From Nemertoderma westbladi (lineage: Eukaryota; Animalia; Xenacoelomorpha): DNA of 40,806 nt. Positions 35,033-40,806 of the stretch are shown piece after piece. Position 1 is the stretch's first letter. Each line of letters begins with the position of its first letter. The stretch covers positions 1 to 40,806 of the forward strand of contig JAUCBJ010001893.1 in NCBI GenBank assembly GCA_032718475.1, written 5' to 3'. The notes beneath the pieces were generated by a model. It saw nothing but the letters and a program-made list of their open reading frames with translations, searched no databases and was not told the DNA's origin. Made by a program: the position numbers and the translations under genes.

Positions 35033-35184
35033 ATAGAGCACTATTTTGCAGTATTGCATGTACAGATGTAGGTATAATTTATGTATTTTAGTACTGGTAC
35101 CGGTACCGGCACCGGTACTGTTGTAGGCCTACTGTGTAGCCTACCATTTAAATACGGTACTGGTAGGCCTACCGGCCGACCGAT

Positions 35185-35765
35185 TGTTTTGGTTCGAAAA
35201 TCACGCTTCTGTAACCTGCTCCTTTCCCTGATTTGGTTAGAAAATCCCGCCTCTGTAACCTGCCCCTTTCCCTCAATTAGTTAAATGATCGTTTATTGTT
35301 TTGGTTAGAAAATCCCGCCTCTGTAACATGCTCCTTTCCATCAATTAGTTAAGTGATCGTTTATTGTTTTGGTTAGAAAATCCCGCCTCTGTAACCTGCT
35401 CCTTTCCCTCAATTAGTTAAGTGATCGTTTATTGTTTTGGTTAGGATATCCCGCCTTTGTAACCTGCTCCTTTCTCTCAATTGGTAATGTTATCGTTTAT
35501 TGTTTTGGTTAGAAAAGAGAAAAGACCATCTATGTAACCTGCTCCTTTCCTTCATTTGGTAAAGTGATTGTTTATTGTTTTGGTTAGAAAATCCCGCCTA
35601 TGTAACCTGCTCCTTTCCCTGATTTGGTAAAGTGGCCGTTTATTGTTTTGGTTAGGAAGGCTAGCCTCTGTAACCTGCTCCTTTCCTTCATTTGGTAAAG
35701 TGACTGTTTATTGTTTTGATTAGAAAATCCGGCCTTAACCTGCTCCTTTCCATGAATTGGTAATT
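35185..35765. repeat. 68-bp tandem repeat, ~8-9 copies
   Basis: Unit TTTTGGTTAGAAAATCCCGCCTCTGTAACCTGCTCCTTTCCCTCAATTAGTTAAGTGATCGTTTATTG; spacing 35241, 35309, 35377. Confidence 0.92.
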
Positions 35766-36507
35766 GTTTTTGGCTATAAAATGAGTGTTTTGCTACGTCA
35801 TGTGGTCATCGATTATCGACAACAACCACAAACTATTAAATTTAGAGTCTTTTACCACAGGCGCATATGGAAATCTATTTCATAGTCTATAAATCATGGA
35901 ATTGTGAATGTTTTGGCACAGGCATAGTGAACCAACAGTCCGACAGACCAGAAATCAACAAATTTTGAATGTTTTGGCATAGGCATGTTGAAATCAACTG
36001 TCTGAAAGTCCAGAAATCAGCAGTCTGACAGTTTGAAGAAATACATACATAAAAAGGACAACAAAAGATTCATTAAAGGGACAACAAAAGTCATTATGCA
36101 CAATTCGTAAAAAAAGGACGACAAAAAGTCAAATAAAAGGACATAAAAATCACTGCCTTTTAAAGCTAAAACTACTGAATAAACCTAGAATCTGCCATTG
36201 TAGGAGCATCTTAAAAAAATTCGACCCATAAGTTTTAGGGCCTAGCAGTCGGCTGAGCGGCCTGTCTTCAAATTGCTGTATTGCGAGTATTGGTCCCTAA
36301 ATGACATACTGCAGTACCGGTACTGACGTACCGTAATCAGTACAGTAGTGCCAAAGCCAAGACGATTATTGTAGACATAGAATTGATATTACCGCTAGCC
36401 GCAGCTGAGCTGGTATGGTAGCCTATTGGGCTATTACATTATCATTCAGTTATTGTTTTCTTAGCAGCTAAGTGCAGTAGTGAACCTAGGCGACCTCAAA
36501 AGTGACA

Positions 36508-37350
36508 ATGGAACACATTACTACAAGTGAATCGGCCATCGCCTTGCTTATAACCAAATCTATGTTCGCGAACATCTGTTCGGAAAATGATTCGTTTGTG
36601 CGGAGATTTCTCGAGGACTACCTGGACAGAAACTCGAGTTTTCTTGACGATTATGTCGTTAGGAAGTGTAAGGCAGCTCGTGTTACTGAGTGGCTGCATC
36701 GTTTACTCTCTTCTGGGTTTAACAGCGCCGCCCCCGCCACCACCTCGGATTTGCGCCACAAACCAACCCAATCGCCGGCCACTGTTCCGGCTACCGGTTA
36801 CCATGAGAACAGTCCGTCGCAGAGTCCGTTAAGGACATCGGCGACGACAAATGGAGGTACTAGGTTCCGCCACAATGCGACCGGAATGGCTTTCCACCCG
36901 AAATATCGAAACTCGAATCAACGCACCCCTCCTACCGAACCTTCCTCTATGCAGCCTGTGGTGAGGTTACAACATCTCAACCAGACAGACTTTCCCGGAG
37001 AACAAATACAACTGGATCCGAAACTGAGTCCGATAGACACCAAACCAACCCATATGCCTATTGTTTATGAATCGAGTAATACTACAGCCTGTTCGACTTC
37101 ATCATCCGATAACAACGCATCCTCCTATACCCCCGCAGTAACCACAACCGACTCAATCCATTATTCTAGCCTACATCTATCACACCAGTCAGATTATCCG
37201 CAAATCCCATTTATTAAAGCAGAAGATGAACTGGAATATAAACCCGATATAGATGAGGATGGAGATGGCTTGAAGGAGGTGTTCTTCGCTATAGATAGAC
37301 AATATGGAATGCCTTCAGACACCGGAACTTCGAACTTCGAAATCTGTTAA
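36508..37350 (+). CDS. Intronless ORF (~280 aa): helical N-terminal domain plus S/T/P-rich disordered tail, function unknown
   Basis: 843-nt uninterrupted ORF from ATG 36508 in AT-rich DNA. Contains PVVRL (PxVxL) and IKAE/YKPD (SUMO consensus-like) motifs. Confidence 0.6.
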   Translation: MEHITTSESAIALLITKSMFANICSENDSFVRRFLEDYLDRNSSFLDDYVVRKCKAARVTEWLHRLLSSGFNSAAPATTSDLRHKPTQSPATVPATGYHENSPSQSPLRTSATTNGGTRFRHNATGMAFHPKYRNSNQRTPPTEPSSMQPVVRLQHLNQTDFPGEQIQLDPKLSPIDTKPTHMPIVYESSNTTACSTSSSDNNASSYTPAVTTTDSIHYSSLHLSHQSDYPQIPFIKAEDELEYKPDIDEDGDGLKEVFFAIDRQYGMPSDTGTSNFEIC

Positions 37351-38470
37351 ACCCTTTGACCATCTGTAATTCTAGTCGATTAAGATATCGCGGCACCCCA
37401 CCGATATACTTGAAAGACAAATTCTAGAATCAGTGGTTAACGTCCCCAGACAAGTTCTGGAATAAATCGGTGCCATCTCAAATATTAATTAATTAATATT
37501 TGCAAAATCTAATAAATCAAAATCTGTAAAATTCAGATCCTTCAACAATTCTAGTCAATTAAGATATCGTAGCATTTACCGATATTCTTAAAAAGACAAT
37601 TGTCATAGAATTAAGGATCTTGTGTCCCCAGACATGTTCTAGAATCAAAATATGTCCATTTAATTATCAAATAATAAAATTTCAGGGAATAATTTAAATT
37701 CATGCCTTTTAATGAATTTAATAAATTGCCATTTTTTGCGCAATTTATAACATTCCCAAAATTCCATTAATTAATAGATCAAGGGAGCGGAGATTTATCT
37801 TATTATGCATATGAGTGTGCGAAAGTCTCCCAAACATAGTCAATAGCCGATAAAATTCATAAAGTCATGTATAAAACAGAACATTGACTATTAAAGAATA
37901 CTATTAAATAACATCCCAGATCTGTATGCATTGGAATTACCCTAATTCTACCGCTAGCTTTGCATAATGTCACCATAGCAACAACCACGCTAGAATTAGA
38001 ATTGAGTTAAAAGAACAATAGAAAGCTTGTCCCATTGAATAGCATAGGGAATAAATAGCGCACTACTAGTATCCAAGGATACATAATAATACAGTGACAT
38101 TCTGGAAGGCATTGACTAACGGACAAATGGCCCGAATGTGCGTAGTTGTGACCAGTTGTGTGGTATTTGTGAGTTTATAGGTGAATGTTACTGCTAAAGT
38201 GTGTTTACAGTAGCTAGTCGCAATCGTGAAAGTAACCTAACTCTCCAAGGAAAACCTGAAGTACATCTAAGCCTTTGGGACGGACAGTCGAGTGACTTGT
38301 GCCGGTTGTCGTTGTCGTTGTGCGGCTACGTCGTTGGCGAAAGTACATCGGCGGCGACACATCGGCGCTGAGGATCTCGCACTGTCCGGGGGGCAAAGAG
38401 GGTAGGCAGCGACGCCCGCTCGCCTAAATATAAACTCATTATAATATGGATAAACTCATATATAGCAGAT

Positions 38471-39998
38471 ATGACGGAGTTGATAGAAGATGTTCTTGGT
38501 ATCGGGGAGCGATATACTCTACTTTTACAAGCGTTTGTTGATAGCTTAATACGCGGCGACGTTAGTCCAACTGCTGCGGAGGACGATGGTCGTTATATCG
38601 AACCGCCAATGTCCCAAGAGCAGCTCGCGCGCGAGTTGGACTATAGAAAATTCGCTGCTCGATATACGCAGCGTAATGGTACGTATATGGCCTTCTTAAC
38701 TACTGGTCATCCTATCGATTTACACGATATAGACGATATAGACACCAAAAGGGAAATGGTTCTATTTAAATATCATACCCAGCGGAGGCGGAACAATAAA
38801 CCGAGAATCGAACATGAGAATTCTATGCGAAACCGAATCGAAAGTACAGATGTTGAAGAGCCGGATAAACGCAGCGACTTCACCAAATACTTGGAATTAT
38901 TGAGAGAAACCTATCTCGATATTACCAGTCAACAGAATCTAGAAACTCGATATCCTCAAGGTATACATCATGACCGCATGGTAGAACTCAAACGGCTCTA
39001 TTCCACTATGATGTATCTTACCGCCGATCGACCGCTACCTGTTGTACCGGATAGCTTCGAACGGATGGAGGAGTATTGTAAGCTGGAGAAGGATCACTCG
39101 CGTTTCCCCTACAAGACGTGTGTCTTTGGTGTTATTGTGATGAATGCCCAAGACCCAACCAACAAACAGAAAGACATAAACATCCGCGGAGACGTTGCTT
39201 TAAACACGGTTTTACTCGCTATATTTACGGGAGTTTCGAGCGAAACTTGTTCAATGTATCACCTACGCTCGTTCGACTCAGACGATCCTTAAATAAACCA
39301 ATGATCAGAGTTTCGGAATACTCGATCAGAGCTCCTCATTCCCTAGTGAGACCTCAGACTCTTGATCCTATTAGTATGACGGATCCTCCCGAGCTGTACT
39401 CACTGCTCAAAGATCTAGTGTTACCTGAACGATTAGTCGGTGGCACCCCAGTTGTGGGTTTCTTAGATATTAGCCCATCCTACCTAGCCGGATTGGGACG
39501 CGGACATTTAATATCGCCGTTTAACCCTTACCATCGTCCCGGCTTGACACGATATAACCTGTCACCAGAGTGGCGGAGAACGTTGTACCAAACGAGTTAA
39601 ACGCTATTCTATAAAGATCAGAAAGGAAACCTACGTTTGTTCAGATAAACGTAAGTTGTAACAGCAAGTCCAAGCGATAAACGAATTGTCCTTATCTCAG
39701 TTCGATTGGGAAATCTCAGAATCTCTAAGAAGATATCGCAGCTTAGAAAACCCCATTCTCTGCGAGAGTTTTTGGACGAACGTCTCCCAGCTGACGAGCG
39801 GAGGAAAATCAGCTCGAGGAGAAGCATATCGAAACGGACGGAGACCCCGACCGTAACCCTGCACCTTCTGATGCAATTATATTGCACCCTTCGCCTAGGA
39901 GCTACAGCCCTCCTCGTAAAGTGGCTCGCCCCAAAGAGAAAAGGACTCTTGCTAGCTTTAAAAAACTGCGTAAACGCCGTCCGCGCAAGAAAGACTAA
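38471..39998 (+). pseudogene. Unknown intronless protein: intact 273-aa ORF followed by disrupted coding continuation ending in a basic tail
   Basis: ORF 38471-39292, then a -1 frame segment from ~39290 to 39800 with in-frame TAA at 39598, 39646 and 39652, then a shifted EENQLEEKH..SPRSYSPPRK..KKLRKRRPRKKD with stop at 39996-39998. Homology to the 19 kb copy supports coding origin. Confidence 0.7.
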
Positions 39999-40806
39999 CT
40001 GTTTAGAGTATTTATGTATATTAGAAATTGTGATTTTGTATATTTTATAGACTTAAATCCCATTTTCTGGGAGCGGTGTAAAAGCTTTTGTGGGATAACT
40101 GATTCGTTTGCCTTGCTAACCAGTTCCCCCCCAGGCGCTGGAATACTCTAAAAAGGGATCTATAACTCGAATAGCGCAAGCTACCGGCTGATTGGCTGAT
40201 TCGCTGTGCGAAGGGATCTGGGCTACGTTTGATTGTCCAACCAGCTTGGGAAAGTATCTGCCAATAGGATTTGAGTTGATTTTGATTTCGACCTATCACA
40301 GATCTACTGAACTGAATTTTCCTATCTGTATGCTCTTTCTCTGTGTTGGGTGGAAGCCTTTGTAAATAAGGTTATTCTTATCAGTTTTCAGTGTTGTTGG
40401 TCTTTCTTTCCTGAGCCAGGAGAGAACGGCTTGTAAATATTTTGTGCTTTTCTGTTTTAGTCTAACACTAGTAGGCTTAATTATAAAGGGCATATATCCG
40501 TTATCACAACACTTAAACAAACTAATGAACTTAACGCACACTGAATCACTGTGCATACTTTTATATTGTTATACTGCTATTTACTGTCAGTTCTTCATAA
40601 TATGGTTGATGAATTATTATATTTGGAATAACGATAAATAACCCCGAAACCCAATATTCTTGATATACCGAAGGTAAGAGAGAAAGGTTACATATAACGA
40701 TTGTGACTTATGTTAAAGTGGTTTGAAGTGAATCTAATGTTATTTGATAGACCCTACATGAGTCAGTCCGTGTTCCTTTTATATATAACTAAAATCAGTG
40801 AAGATC

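Overview
AT-rich eukaryotic (invertebrate animal-like) genomic DNA dominated by repeats. One host gene can be reconstructed: a secreted S1A (chymotrypsin/elastase-like) serine protease on the minus strand, with exons at about 17235-17050, 15362-15162, 14929-14634 and 4257-3948. Its last intron is about 10.4 kb and is packed with mobile elements. Mobile DNA includes several RTE-group (Proto2/RTEX-like) LINE copies, a Penelope-like element with an inverted pseudo-LTR, 3' fragments of a CRE-clade and a CR1 LINE, tRNA-derived Deu/Nin-type SINEs, an AcademX-like transposon with long TIRs, a decayed hAT transposase and a Tc1/mariner-type non-autonomous element with a nested foldback MITE. There are three satellite arrays (63, 29 and 68 bp units). 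The most unusual signals are: (1) an unrecognised intronless protein family present as two diverged, disrupted copies (38471-39998 and 19103-20098), a possible endogenous viral or novel mobile gene; (2) a canonical minimal hammerhead ribozyme plus degenerate ones; (3) a 2.4 kb higher-order satellite that appears to have expanded inside a SINE. All calls come from reading motifs by eye; no database searches were run.
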